The notes: generated from the sequence alone by a model not told the origin. A stretch of 64,000 nucleotides of DNA from Parcubacteria group bacterium LiPW_15 (GCA_007375645.1 VMER01000003.1:10008-74007); one strand, 5' to 3'. Counted from the first letter of the stretch, positions 1-10,057 are shown. Made by a program: numbers and translations.

Positions 1-313
1 TGGGCACAGCTCCCGGATATATGCGACCGGGTGCGCAAGGCTTTCGCCTACGGCTTTATAGCCACTGATTCATGTAAACTATTCTATTTCCAGCTACTGT
101 TCATAGTATAGCATTTTGATATCCTCATGGGAACACCAGGATTCCTTTCGATTTCTTAATTTCTCTCCGGAAATCAATCTCAAGTGGGGATGTCCCGCAG
201 AGGAGAGGGGTTTCGTGGCGTTTTACTGGCTTTTTCGGCTTTTCGGGCGGAAATTGATTTCTTCGTTTTTTTCAGTTTATCAGTTTCCCGCGGCCGGCCT
301 TAGCCACCCTTTC

Positions 314-655
314 TTAGGATTTTGTCTCTGTTCTATGCAAACCTATCATAGCCGGCACGAGTAGCAGCACGAAGAAGTAGGTCCACGTTTCAGTTAGCGG
401 AGCTGGATTTGGGTCCGGATCCATGCAGTTGTCGAAACTGTCGCATCCTCCCTTGCCCGCTATGCTTGCGGCCACTAAAGCAATGAGTGCTATCGCAAGT
501 ATCCACTTGCTGATCACGAATATGTATCGTTTCCACGAGGTTATGTCTCTTTTCTTTTCTGCGAAATCGCGCGAAATCTTGTACGAGGCATATATAACCC
601 ATCCCACAAAGAGCATCCCTGCGGCTCTTTCTATGCCGGTTAGTATTTCATTCAT
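314..655 (-). CDS. Small membrane protein (3 predicted TM segments, Cys-containing loop)
   Basis: 113-aa ORF with three hydrophobic stretches; its start overlaps the stop of the upstream ORF (ATGA, 652-655). Confidence 0.7.
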   Translation of the reverse strand: MNEILTGIERAAGMLFVGWVIYASYKISRDFAEKKRDITSWKRYIFVISKWILAIALIALVAASIAGKGGCDSFDNCMDPDPNPAPLTETWTYFFVLLLVPAMIGLHRTETKS

Positions 656-1149
656 GGCGTAGTTGTCGATCCATGATAGAACGGCTCCGCCTCTTTCAGG
701 GTTTTATTGATCATATCCACCTCCGCTTGTACCTGAGCGGCTTTTTTTATCCGATCCACATCCCTCTGCCATGCTGCGCGCCGTTCTGACGTATCATCGA
801 ATGGCATTGAGAGCCGACTGCACCAGATTTGCACCTGTTCGTCTTTCAGTGAAGCACAGATCAACCTGGTTATTTCATCTGGCGTTCTGGTTATTTTCTT
901 TGGCGTCTCTGGTAGTTGTGATGTTGCTGGTTCCGAAGTGGTGTCTTCAGAGTCGGTTTTTATATCGCGTTGAATCGCTGTGTCACCCAGCCGTTCTTCC
1001 GCCTGCTCAACTACCACCGATGATTGCGCCGAGCGTTCCTTGTTTTTGATTATAGAAACAGTGGCTACTGTACCTCCGGCGAGTGCCACAACTCCCATAA
1101 TGATTATCGCTATGAGCGGTATAAATCCTCCACGCTTTTTGTCATTCAT
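652..1149 (-). CDS. Exported/membrane-anchored hypothetical protein with a pilin-like N-terminus (KKRGGFIPLI...)
   Basis: Basic residues, G-F and a hydrophobic helix at the N-terminus; 165 aa. Confidence 0.7.
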   Translation of the reverse strand: MNDKKRGGFIPLIAIIIMGVVALAGGTVATVSIIKNKERSAQSSVVVEQAEERLGDTAIQRDIKTDSEDTTSEPATSQLPETPKKITRTPDEITRLICASLKDEQVQIWCSRLSMPFDDTSERRAAWQRDVDRIKKAAQVQAEVDMINKTLKEAEPFYHGSTTTP

Positions 1150-1159
1150 GTTTGTATGA

Positions 1160-1375
1160 ATTGTTTCAGGACGACCTTTGCGTCCTGGTGCGTGGATTCT
1201 TTATGCGCAAAGACCCCAGCACCAGGCGGAACCTTGCGGCTCCCATACAGGTTTCCCTGTATGACGCAACGAGCGATCCTGATGTGGGGATCTTTATGCT
1301 CGTTGCGTTTTTGACCATGCCGCCGGAAATCCGAGGGTTTAGGTCTGGGGATTAACCCCTATTCAGTTGTTATAT
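1160..1375 (-). ncRNA. Structured 5' leader / candidate cis-regulatory RNA
   Basis: Four adjacent hairpins (1184-1226, 1228-1243, 1244-1263, 1264-1308). GAAA and GCAA tetraloops appear only on the minus strand. Confidence 0.55.
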
Positions 1376-1394
1376 CAATACTACCACCAACGTA

Positions 1395-1424
1395 AGCAAA
1401 ATCCACATTTCTGTGGATTTTGCT
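1395..1424 (-). terminator. Hairpin terminator after the 1265-aa gene
   Basis: AGCAAAATCCACA-tttc-TGTGGATTTTGCT perfect inverted repeat just past the stop at 1438. Confidence 0.65.
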
Positions 1425-1437
1425 CGTTACTACTTAA

Positions 1438-4400
1438 TTAGAAATCGCTTCTTTCTTCTTCTGTCTTTGCATTTTCGATGGCGCGTTTACGTTGGTTAAT
1501 GTAATCGTCCAACCACCTAATAACTCTTTGATCCGTTTCTTTTTTTCTTAGTGGCAGTATGGCTTCTAGCATTTTTTTATGGTGTTCACTGGCTTCTCCG
1601 GACCATCCTTCCGTAAAGAAATTAGCGGCGAGATTTCTTCTGACATCCTCTCTATCTCCATAGCGTATGAGGATCTCTCTAGCTAAGCACACTTGTCCCG
1701 GATCATTTGAGAATACATTTGGTACCATATTGGCGATAAACCAGGCTCTTTTCTCTACATCTTTATCTATCCATGCCCACAAGGCGTCGAGTTTTATCTT
1801 TCCTATTACCGATGGATTTGCATGATCTCGAGCATCAAAGAATTCATTCGAACTGAGCCAATGTTTGAAGATGAAATATCCTTTTTCTTCCAAGCTATCC
1901 AACGCTTTAAGCCACAACTCGTTGGGGTATGCTTCCGATATTTTCATCAGTATGCCTCTTACATACCTGTCGGCATGATCCACTATACTGCCGGAGTTGC
2001 CAAGGCTATTTAGCATCAATGTACCTATTTTCACGACAGCCTCTTTGTCTGCACCATATTTTTCCAAGAATTTATTTGCTGTTTGGGACCACGTATAGTC
2101 GTCCATGACATCCGCACGCTCATCGGATTCAGCAAAGAACATTGGGTCTGTGAGTACTGCTAACGTAAGATCTTTTGGTATTTCGTGTCCCGATTCCTTA
2201 TCAACGTAGTAACGGGAGAATACATCAAGCGCGATAGAAGATGTTATTTTCTTACTTTGCCCCATAAGAACCATGACAAATTGCTCTAGCGTTTTTTCTC
2301 CAAGTTCTCGTATTGATACCCCGTACTTGAAGTGGCTAAGCAAGACGGGATTTATTTTCCCATCTTCTACAAGAGAGAGTATATTTTCCATTATTTGGTC
2401 TGTAATACCTGCCCTCCAGGCCAACTCCGGGAGTAGTGGCACAAACAATTCTTCCTTTGAGAGATCTCCAAACAACAATTCCCACTTGCTTGGATTTTCT
2501 TCAAATATAGTTCGAAGATAGCCACCGAGAAAATACTGACTTGGCCGTTTCTCTTCGGGCGTATTCCTACGTGCTTCCAGAATTATATTGAGTAGTTTTT
2601 TTTCTTTATCTTTTTCTCCTAACGCATGACCGAAAACATATCCATTTCCAGCCTCGTCTGTCACCAGCCAAGGTATATTCTTTAGAAGTTCTGATTGGTC
2701 TTGGTATGCTTTATCAGCAAGGTCAGCTATTCTTTTTTCTTTTCCCTGCTCATCGTATTCATCTCGCTTCCGAAAGTAGTCTTCAGTGAGATTCATAGCT
2801 ACATAGCGGTTAAGTAGGGACGAAAGGTCGTCTGGAACCAACTCTTTATAGAACTCTTCCCATTTCGATTTTATTTCTTGAGGCAACTCATCGTGTCCGT
2901 AATATAGGATATGGACCACCGCTTCTATAAGATCATTTTTATTACCTCCTTGTTGGAGTATCTTCCTGGCTGAATCAAGTGCTAATTCAGAGGATCCTGG
3001 ATTTCTGCCAAAGACCTGAGTCTGATGCATAAGAGTCGTCATTATTGAGTTTTTACTATTTTCAGTGACGACATTAAGTGCTGCCATTAACATCTCCCAA
3101 ACCTTGTTTGTATATTCCCGCGTCTCTTTTGGGTGTTCGCGAGGATCCCAAAGATGGGGCTCTCGTCTAATGCCTTGGTATTCTGCTCCAACCGCTCGGG
3201 TAAAATGATTCTCCAATGCCAACGATAGCGCTTGTATAGCTATGTTTTCTTTGACTGGATCTTTAGAAAACAACAATTCCTCTAAGAGTGGCAATCTAAT
3301 AAGCGGTGATTCTTCTGTGGCAGTGAAGATAGAGAAGAAATCCTTGAACGTCCCCGTCGCATTATTCGAATAGATTCTATCGTTTTCCGCTTCTGCTAAC
3401 CTAAGCAAGACACGCATGGCTCTCACGAAGAGTCCTTCCCATACCGCGATACGTTCTATCGCCCAAATCACTTGCCTTCGTCCCGTTTTGAACTCAAGGA
3501 GCTGCTCATTGTTCCATTTTGCGACTGTTGTTTCTAACCGCTCCAGAGCTTTTTCGGGAGCGGCTTCAGCGAGTGCTAAAAAAAAATCTGATTCTCTTTC
3601 TTCTTTTAGCAGTAACCCATCCGCAAACGGTCCGCTATCGCCGAGGAGATATTCTACGGTTTTCATTGCCGCTTGAGATTCTTGAGCGAAGCGAAACATT
3701 TCGTTAAATCCTGAAATGAGCGCGGGCGGCAGCTTGGTAAAATCGTTGATATCAAATGCTGCAGCCGAATGTTGGTCCCACCACTCAATCCACAGTTTCA
3801 CCTGCAAGGGTTTTGGAGTGATGTAGTATGTTTTTTCTCCTTGAAGGATTTTTCGATCGTGAAGGTTTTTGATATGTTCATCGAATCGCGCCCTGGTGAT
3901 TGAATTATCATATTTGTTTACCAAGCCGAATATCGCAGTTGCTTCTTCCGCAACTGGTGGCTTGAATCCAAATCTCTTGAATAATGAGAGAAATCGCATT
4001 ATTAGCATGCGCTCTCGAACAGCTTGGCTTGTTGGATCATCTGTGCCAGCAATATATCGGTTAATCACAGGAACATTGTCAGGTTCCTTCAAGATATCTT
4101 TTGAGTTGCTTTGAAGGTTTTCACCAATAATTCCCGCCCAACGAGGAGAGCCTTCGCAAAATGACGCCCATCTTCTGACGTGTTCCTCTGGCACGCCATA
4201 TTGTTTTAGAATTTGTGCAACCTGATCATCTCCGAGCGGTGGAATTGGTAATAGCTTTGTGGTCCCGGCACGCTCGGATCCTTCGTTATATATCGTGATT
4301 AGGCGTATTCTTTTACCGAGTGATTGGACTCTATTCCAATATCTTACAGCTACGTCTTGCGAACATTCGTCTAGCACTAAAACAATCTCGAAAGCGTTAT

Positions 4401-5235
4401 CCGCCATTCCAATCTGCCCCAGGAAACCTTGATTCTCGAGTTGGCTCGGATTGTCGGTATAAACTACGAGGGACCTGATTTTTTCTTCATTCAGGGATTC
4501 GAGCACTAGCCGAGTTTTTCCCACGCCAGATTCTCCAACTATCCTGAGATGGATAGCATCGGTGTTAGCAAGTAGCTGTTCTCTGATCTCTTGAATAATT
4601 TCCTTTTGCGGTTCTCCCAGGGTGAGCACTTCTGGCTTCATGTCGCCGTGCATTTTCCACCCGTCCAGTGTTTCGAAGACTCCGCCACTACCTCGTCCAT
4701 TCACCATGAGGCGTATGGATGGAAAATCACCGAGAAACCCCTTTATAGTTGTTTGTCCCCATATGCGCACAATCGCATTTTGATACCCGCAAGTAGCCAA
4801 CCATTCTTTGATTTTCGTGATAGCTCTATTCGTTTCTTGTTCATTCGGATCCAAGCCAAAACACACGAAGGTTAGGTAGCCATTGGCGTCGAGACAATGA
4901 ACGACACTTTCACCGAGATTTTCCTTTTGCACTGGTTGATTCCTTCTAAATAATTCATTTTGCAGGGCTCCATCCGTAAGCACAAAGGTGGTTCCGGTTT
5001 TTATCTGGAAGCCAGAATAGTTTGCCTTGATCAATTCGCTCTCTATGCCGGTGGTATTATTTGAAGACGCATCAATACCGCCGTCCGGTGCGGTTATCCG
5101 TTCGGATATTCTTATTTCCGGCAAAATACCGAGCCTTCGTGCTTCAGCCCATAGAATATCACGGAATAATTCAACGGCTTGTTGTGACCCAAGCCTCCCG
5201 ATTTGTTCATTTTCTACATTCAGGAAACCGTTCAT
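1438..5235 (-). CDS. PD-(D/E)xK nuclease + STAND-type P-loop ATPase + long helical sensor (Avs/AVAST-like antiviral protein)
   Basis: N-terminal PDGGIDA...FQIKTG nuclease-like motif, Walker A GESGVGKT, Walker B LVLDEC, then ~850 aa of helical sequence. Confidence 0.7.
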   Translation of the reverse strand: MNGFLNVENEQIGRLGSQQAVELFRDILWAEARRLGILPEIRISERITAPDGGIDASSNNTTGIESELIKANYSGFQIKTGTTFVLTDGALQNELFRRNQPVQKENLGESVVHCLDANGYLTFVCFGLDPNEQETNRAITKIKEWLATCGYQNAIVRIWGQTTIKGFLGDFPSIRLMVNGRGSGGVFETLDGWKMHGDMKPEVLTLGEPQKEIIQEIREQLLANTDAIHLRIVGESGVGKTRLVLESLNEEKIRSLVVYTDNPSQLENQGFLGQIGMADNAFEIVLVLDECSQDVAVRYWNRVQSLGKRIRLITIYNEGSERAGTTKLLPIPPLGDDQVAQILKQYGVPEEHVRRWASFCEGSPRWAGIIGENLQSNSKDILKEPDNVPVINRYIAGTDDPTSQAVRERMLIMRFLSLFKRFGFKPPVAEEATAIFGLVNKYDNSITRARFDEHIKNLHDRKILQGEKTYYITPKPLQVKLWIEWWDQHSAAAFDINDFTKLPPALISGFNEMFRFAQESQAAMKTVEYLLGDSGPFADGLLLKEERESDFFLALAEAAPEKALERLETTVAKWNNEQLLEFKTGRRQVIWAIERIAVWEGLFVRAMRVLLRLAEAENDRIYSNNATGTFKDFFSIFTATEESPLIRLPLLEELLFSKDPVKENIAIQALSLALENHFTRAVGAEYQGIRREPHLWDPREHPKETREYTNKVWEMLMAALNVVTENSKNSIMTTLMHQTQVFGRNPGSSELALDSARKILQQGGNKNDLIEAVVHILYYGHDELPQEIKSKWEEFYKELVPDDLSSLLNRYVAMNLTEDYFRKRDEYDEQGKEKRIADLADKAYQDQSELLKNIPWLVTDEAGNGYVFGHALGEKDKEKKLLNIILEARRNTPEEKRPSQYFLGGYLRTIFEENPSKWELLFGDLSKEELFVPLLPELAWRAGITDQIMENILSLVEDGKINPVLLSHFKYGVSIRELGEKTLEQFVMVLMGQSKKITSSIALDVFSRYYVDKESGHEIPKDLTLAVLTDPMFFAESDERADVMDDYTWSQTANKFLEKYGADKEAVVKIGTLMLNSLGNSGSIVDHADRYVRGILMKISEAYPNELWLKALDSLEEKGYFIFKHWLSSNEFFDARDHANPSVIGKIKLDALWAWIDKDVEKRAWFIANMVPNVFSNDPGQVCLAREILIRYGDREDVRRNLAANFFTEGWSGEASEHHKKMLEAILPLRKKETDQRVIRWLDDYINQRKRAIENAKTEEERSDF

Positions 5236-5275
5236 ACTTTGAATTATACCGAAAAATCCTATAATTTATAGGGAC

Positions 5276-5581
5276 ATGGATCAGTTGTTTATTCAAATTG
5301 TTGGGGGCCTTATCGTCGCGGCATTAGCTGCGTGGTTTGGTTTTGGTGGGACCAAGAGAGTGATTATTCACCGTGCTGGTCCAAGGCGCAGAACTGGAAA
5401 GTGGATCATTCTAATTTCTGTTCCTATGATTTTTGGAGGCCTTGCCTGGATGGGTAACAGCAACCCGCAAGGCTTTGATGATTGGATAAAACCACCGGCT
5501 GTATACGGATTTACGCTCGCTGGCTATGGTGTCATTTTTTTTGTGATTGGAAAAATAGTTGCTTGGTTCCAACGGCCCTAG
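5276..5581 (+). CDS. Small membrane protein (3 TM)
   Basis: 101-aa hydrophobic ORF with TATAAT at ~5260 upstream. Confidence 0.7.
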   Translation: MDQLFIQIVGGLIVAALAAWFGFGGTKRVIIHRAGPRRRTGKWIILISVPMIFGGLAWMGNSNPQGFDDWIKPPAVYGFTLAGYGVIFFVIGKIVAWFQRP

Positions 5582-5622
5582 GTCCCTCGAATAGTTTTGT
5601 TTTATTGCGCTATAATAGCAGT

Positions 5623-6426
5623 ATGCCAAGAGTCGACGATGCACTTCAATTCATAATTTCTTGTCTTCGGTCTTCCCCCATGTCTGCTCGGAATTATGGG
5701 TATGACGTATATATCCCAAATGTTTGCAGAACTTACGTTCGGGAAGTTGAACATATTACCGATCAGACTTCGGCAGAGCGACGTGCCCACGAACTTATTG
5801 GCGGTGTTTTTTATGATGCGGCTTGGGAACTTTGCCGCCGAGGCATCCTGCGCCCAAGCGTTCGGGGCAGAAATGAGCAATCGACCGATGACGGATCTGC
5901 AGGCAATGGTTACTCGATAACCACACTCGGCAGATCCTGGCTTGATGAAAATCAGGGCGTTCTTTTTATTCCAACCGAACCTTCGAGAGTAGCGGAGCTC
6001 ATCGGGCGTTTCCGGGGTGATTTCGGTGACGGTTTTTTTCAGAGAGCCCAGGAAGCAGTCAGGTGCTATTCAGCGGGAGCATATCTTGCCTGTTGCGTAA
6101 TGTGTGGAGCAGCAATGGAATCCGTACTTTTACATTTAGCGATTCAGAAAAACGGTGATGAAGTGGCGGTTATGAGAACTTACCGGACTTCAATGGGGAG
6201 GAGTAGAGTCGAGACTATTATTTTACAGGGGGTGCCCGATCACTTAGCGAGAACGTTTCGAAGTTCGACTGACTTATTGAAGTACTGGAGAGACGACGCT
6301 TCGCACGGTGCAGCTTCTGTGATCACAGAGTTCGAGGCATACGAAGCCATTTCGCGTCTCCTCCGTTTTGTTCTATTTGCAGTAGGTCACTTACCGGAGT
6401 TCACGGGTTCTCCTCGGAGAGCGTAA
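5623..6426 (+). CDS. HEPN/DUF4145-like protein with N-terminal winged-helix-like region (possible Abi/toxin RNase)
   Basis: Start reassigned to ATG 5623 after TATAAT 5611-5616. EAVRCY..GAYLACCVMCGAAME helix and R-x4-H motif (RDDASH). Confidence 0.65.
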   Translation: MPRVDDALQFIISCLRSSPMSARNYGYDVYIPNVCRTYVREVEHITDQTSAERRAHELIGGVFYDAAWELCRRGILRPSVRGRNEQSTDDGSAGNGYSITTLGRSWLDENQGVLFIPTEPSRVAELIGRFRGDFGDGFFQRAQEAVRCYSAGAYLACCVMCGAAMESVLLHLAIQKNGDEVAVMRTYRTSMGRSRVETIILQGVPDHLARTFRSSTDLLKYWRDDASHGAASVITEFEAYEAISRLLRFVLFAVGHLPEFTGSPRRA

Positions 6427-8024
6427 GTTCTAACCTCGTTCAACATGTGGAGCCACATGGGATTTGCCACGTCTAAAGCGTGGCTTTTCTCTTTATTAGA
6501 GCCTTCATTGGGAGGTTCTAACCGTCCGATTTTTTGTTTTGATGAAGATGAGACGAGAATCATCGGCAGAAGCGCGGAATCCGTGTCAATGCTTATGTTT
6601 TTGTCCTTTAAGAGGAGGTTCGAACCAAGGGCGGATAAAATTACTTTTCTCGCGTGCTGGCCACGTTCCGTGAAGGCTTCTTTGGCATCGGTTGCGAATT
6701 TGAGCACGTTGTCTGCCGTCTGCAGCCAGCTGTCCACTCTGGCATCGGTGTCGTTCAAAAGCTCGTGCAGTTTTGCTTTTTCTTGATTGATCGTCGATTT
6801 CTTTCTTGCAAACTCTTCCTCGCTTATTTCCCCAGCTGCGCGCATATCTATAAGAGCGTCCAGTTTCCGCACACATGCTTCGTAATTTTTTTGCTGATTG
6901 GAGAGGATCGCATTGCGGTCAGCTGCCTCCCGACCGTTCTCGTTCTGCAACCACTTCATGGCCCAGCCGTGGAATTCTTCCGGTGGCCGGACTTTAGCGA
7001 GTGTGCCGGTGATCTGCTTTTCCATTTCTTTCACTTCTATGCATTTCTGAGTGCACGGACCTTTGCGTTTCGTGCAGTGATAGTAAGTGTAGTGATGAAC
7101 GTTGCCGTTCTTATTTTTCTTTGTCTTATTCTCGGCCGTGACCATGCATCCACACTCACCACACCGGATCATGCCGGTGTAGGCAAAGGAATGCGCTTCT
7201 GGCTTCGGTTTACTGCCACGGCCCAGGAGTACCTGAACGCGATCATATTCATCGCGCGTGATCATCGGCTCGTGCTTGCCCTTGTGCCAGTTGCCCGATC
7301 CGGCCGGCCATTCAAACCATCCGTAGTAGAATGAGTTGTAAAGCACGCGATAAAATCCGCTTCGGGCCAGTTTCTTTAAACCCCACTGATTGACGGCAAT
7401 TTCGTGGACGCGTGGCGCGGTATATGTGCCGCTCAAAATCATATTGAACATTTTTCGGATAATCGGAAACATCTTTGGGTCTTTGCGGATCGTCTTAAAG
7501 CCTTTCATCTTATCCGGCGTGTTCATATAGCCGATCGGAGCAACACCGGGATGCCAGCCCATTTCTACTTTGCGTCTTAAGCCTCGTTTTACATCCACGC
7601 CTTTGTTGTCGTTTTCAAGCTTGGCTTGGCTACACAAAAGGTTTAGTAAAAACTTATCGTTTGGAGAATTCTTAAATGCCTGTCCGGGTGTTCGGATTTC
7701 GAGAAGTTTATTCTGGTCCATAAGGTAGACCAGGTAGCCGGTGTCCACGGAATTACGTGAGAGCCGGTTCGGATGCCACGCAACAATGCCCTCCGCTTCA
7801 CCTTTCTCTATTCGTTTTATCATCGCGTTGAAGATCTCCCGGCCCGGTGCTTTGGCTGAGTAGGATTCTTCGAGACGCTCCACAATCTGAAGCTTTTCCC
7901 GTTTTGCGAGTGCTTCCAATTCGCTCTTTTGCGAGTCAATCGAAAGGACCTGTCTGTCTTCTTGTTCTGAAGATTTTCGAGCGTAGAGGAAGTACTTGAG
8001 TCTTGGTTGTACTTCCTGGTTCAT
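6387..8024 (-). CDS. Large serine recombinase (resolvase + recombinase + zinc-ribbon + coiled-coil)
   Basis: YARKSS catalytic motif, NRLSRN, CGECG...YYHC...C zinc ribbon. Confidence 0.95.
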   Translation of the reverse strand: MNQEVQPRLKYFLYARKSSEQEDRQVLSIDSQKSELEALAKREKLQIVERLEESYSAKAPGREIFNAMIKRIEKGEAEGIVAWHPNRLSRNSVDTGYLVYLMDQNKLLEIRTPGQAFKNSPNDKFLLNLLCSQAKLENDNKGVDVKRGLRRKVEMGWHPGVAPIGYMNTPDKMKGFKTIRKDPKMFPIIRKMFNMILSGTYTAPRVHEIAVNQWGLKKLARSGFYRVLYNSFYYGWFEWPAGSGNWHKGKHEPMITRDEYDRVQVLLGRGSKPKPEAHSFAYTGMIRCGECGCMVTAENKTKKNKNGNVHHYTYYHCTKRKGPCTQKCIEVKEMEKQITGTLAKVRPPEEFHGWAMKWLQNENGREAADRNAILSNQQKNYEACVRKLDALIDMRAAGEISEEEFARKKSTINQEKAKLHELLNDTDARVDSWLQTADNVLKFATDAKEAFTERGQHARKVILSALGSNLLLKDKNISIDTDSALLPMILVSSSSKQKIGRLEPPNEGSNKEKSHALDVANPMWLHMLNEVRTYALRGEPVNSGK

Positions 8025-8025
8025 A

Positions 8026-8889
8026 TTAGTTTTGGAACAAGTCGGTGGTGTTCAGATAGTAAATCAGTTTACCGCCACTTGATATTATGATTCTGGCAAT
8101 CGGGTGCTGCCACGGATCGCCGGTCAGTCCGTCCGGCAGTGAGGCGTTTTTGTCTTCCCATTGCCATTCATTGGCAGCCGGGTTTGCTGCGCCTGGTTTG
8201 CTTGAGATGTATTTAAGCTGGATGTCGGAGCGAAGCATGAATTTTGTGTGTTCCGGGTCTCTGCCGAAATAAGCGAAGGCAATTTGTTCGATTTCAGCTT
8301 TGGTCTTCAGCGGAGTTTCCAGCGATCCGTTACCAGGGCAATTACCTGGCGTGGTAGCGTTGCGTTCTATCGGATAGACAATTCCGATTTCCACGACCTG
8401 ATTCGTTTTTTGCGTTACCTGATATTGATAAACTTCGCAGCGGTCGTTGATGTAATCTGTTTGCTGGAAGATATAGACCGGCCGGTCCCATTCTTCGGGA
8501 TTGTCGGCCGTAAATCCGCCGTCGTTCTGTTTAACGTTGCTTAAGACGGCAAAGTTCGATGGATGATTATTTTGTCCGGTGTATTGCAACTCAAGATTCG
8601 GTTCTCCCATGAACGTCTGAATTGCTTGCTCGGCTTTCACAAGCTCTGTTTGGCTTGGAGGGTTGTCGTTTACAAAAATCCTGCCGTCCGGAGTTTTGCA
8701 CTGATCTGGATAATGCTTAACGATCGGGTAACCGGCCTCAGAGCATTGCTCGAATGTCGTAATTGAGGCTACGTCTGCATTCGTGCCTCCGCGCGGTGCT
8801 TTGTTTCCTAGAAGGTAATAAACCCCGAATCCTGCCCCAAAGACCGCTACAAGGGCGATTACGGTGGTTATTTTGGCTTTGTTTGTCAT
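8026..8889 (-). CDS. Membrane-anchored exported protein with a Cys motif (ITTFEQC..AGYPI...YPDQCKTPDG)
   Basis: N-terminal TM; the same motif occurs in ORF 26987-27271. Confidence 0.8.
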   Translation of the reverse strand: MTNKAKITTVIALVAVFGAGFGVYYLLGNKAPRGGTNADVASITTFEQCSEAGYPIVKHYPDQCKTPDGRIFVNDNPPSQTELVKAEQAIQTFMGEPNLELQYTGQNNHPSNFAVLSNVKQNDGGFTADNPEEWDRPVYIFQQTDYINDRCEVYQYQVTQKTNQVVEIGIVYPIERNATTPGNCPGNGSLETPLKTKAEIEQIAFAYFGRDPEHTKFMLRSDIQLKYISSKPGAANPAANEWQWEDKNASLPDGLTGDPWQHPIARIIISSGGKLIYYLNTTDLFQN

Positions 8890-9173
8890 ATGATTGTTTT
8901 CATTAATTATTTAGTCGACCTAAGCACAACATGGTCCTAAGGTCGAAAGAAGTCAAACACTTGATTACTTACATTTTACGCCTTTATTTACAGGTTGGGT
9001 ATCTATTCTTGTGTCGATTTTGTCCTCCTTTTATCCGGTTGTCTTCTCAAAAATCTGCCCAAGTTTCACCCAAGCTTTGCCCAACCCCTATTTTTTAATT
9101 TTTGACGAGCTATCTTGCTTTATTTAAGCTTTATTATTATTTCTTTCTTACTCAATCTTTATTACTAAGTGCT

Positions 9174-9614
9174 TCATGGTGGACCTGGGCCATGATTCTC
9201 TAAGACACCTGACCGTGCTTCATTATGAACCCCGGCAGATTGGAGAAGTCTGGGGTTGAGGCGATACAAAGTTCCGGCCCACCGGCCGCGCTCCGATGTT
9301 CCTGGTCTAGTTTCTATTAGCCCAAGACCGGCAAGTTTCTTTCTAACCCGGCGGCATGTTGATCTGCTGAACCCGAACGAAGCGAACCCGCGCTCCTTGT
9401 CTTCGCGCGTGGTAAACAATCGGTCGGTATGCCAAAACCAGCCGTCTGCATTTGCATAGCGGTTTGAGAGATGGCAGATAACCATGAGAAAATCCCGCTC
9501 GGCGTGCGTGAGCGAATTCTTCAGCTGGTCGTCATCGAAGACCAGGTGAGGAGCTGGAAAGAAATTTAAGCTTTTACCACGTGTTGTCCGGTTCGGTTTG
9601 TTCATATGATTCAC
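9174..9614 (-). CDS. Winged-HTH protein, putative replication initiator
   Basis: LTHAERDFLMVICHLSNR...GFSRSTCRRVRKKLAGLGLI...GTLYRL pattern, followed by short repeats and an AT-rich tract. Confidence 0.6.
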   Translation of the reverse strand: MNHMNKPNRTTRGKSLNFFPAPHLVFDDDQLKNSLTHAERDFLMVICHLSNRYANADGWFWHTDRLFTTREDKERGFASFGFSRSTCRRVRKKLAGLGLIETRPGTSERGRWAGTLYRLNPRLLQSAGVHNEARSGVLENHGPGPP

Positions 9615-9882
9615 TAAATATTTCAGCTACTTTTTCACTGACGGCTTTTTCGACCAGGACGCCGACTTCGTGGTTAATTGGATGAAAAATATTAATGTTT
9701 TGTCCGGCCACTTTGCGCGTTGGGTACACAAGCCGGTATCCGCCCTCACGTCTGGAGAACACGGCCACCGATCCCATCCAGAATTTACTGTCCAGAACAA
9801 ACGAAACAAACCCAAGGAGGCCGTCCTGGGGTTTAACCGGGTAGAACTGTATTTCGCTAATTGTGGTTGGTGCTGAGGTCAT
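9574..9882 (-). CDS. SpoVG-family DNA/RNA-binding protein
   Basis: ISEIQFYPV...GLLGFVSFVLD...LVYPTRK...IFHPIN matches the SpoVG pattern. Confidence 0.75.
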   Translation of the reverse strand: MTSAPTTISEIQFYPVKPQDGLLGFVSFVLDSKFWMGSVAVFSRREGGYRLVYPTRKVAGQNINIFHPINHEVGVLVEKAVSEKVAEIFSESYEQTEPDNTW

Positions 9883-10057
9883 GGCTTTTCACTACTTTTT
9901 CTTTGAAATCGTCTATATTCGGCTCACCCATGTAGGTGATCTTGTAGAGCTTGAAAAGATTATTCGCGCGCAAAGCAGCCTCCTCATCGGAGAGCTTCAC
10001 GCCGTAGCGTTTTTCGTAAAGCGTTTTAAATTCTTCGATTGCTTCTTGGGGCAACAT
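9857..10057 (-). CDS. Small hypothetical protein
   Basis: 66-aa ORF (LPQEAIEEFKTLYEKRYGVKLS) heading an overlapping operon. Confidence 0.7.
   Translation of the reverse strand: MLPQEAIEEFKTLYEKRYGVKLSDEEAALRANNLFKLYKITYMGEPNIDDFKEKVVKSHDLSTNHN

Larger units (their letters stand above)
1..6453. mobile_element. Integrative element A (right part only), defence cargo; ends at att junction 6427-6453
   Basis: Junction GTTCTAA-N15-GGAGC(CA) at 6427-6455 has the same spacing as the junction at 21974-22000. Cargo includes a nuclease-STAND and a HEPN-like gene. The left end is outside the window. Confidence 0.6.
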
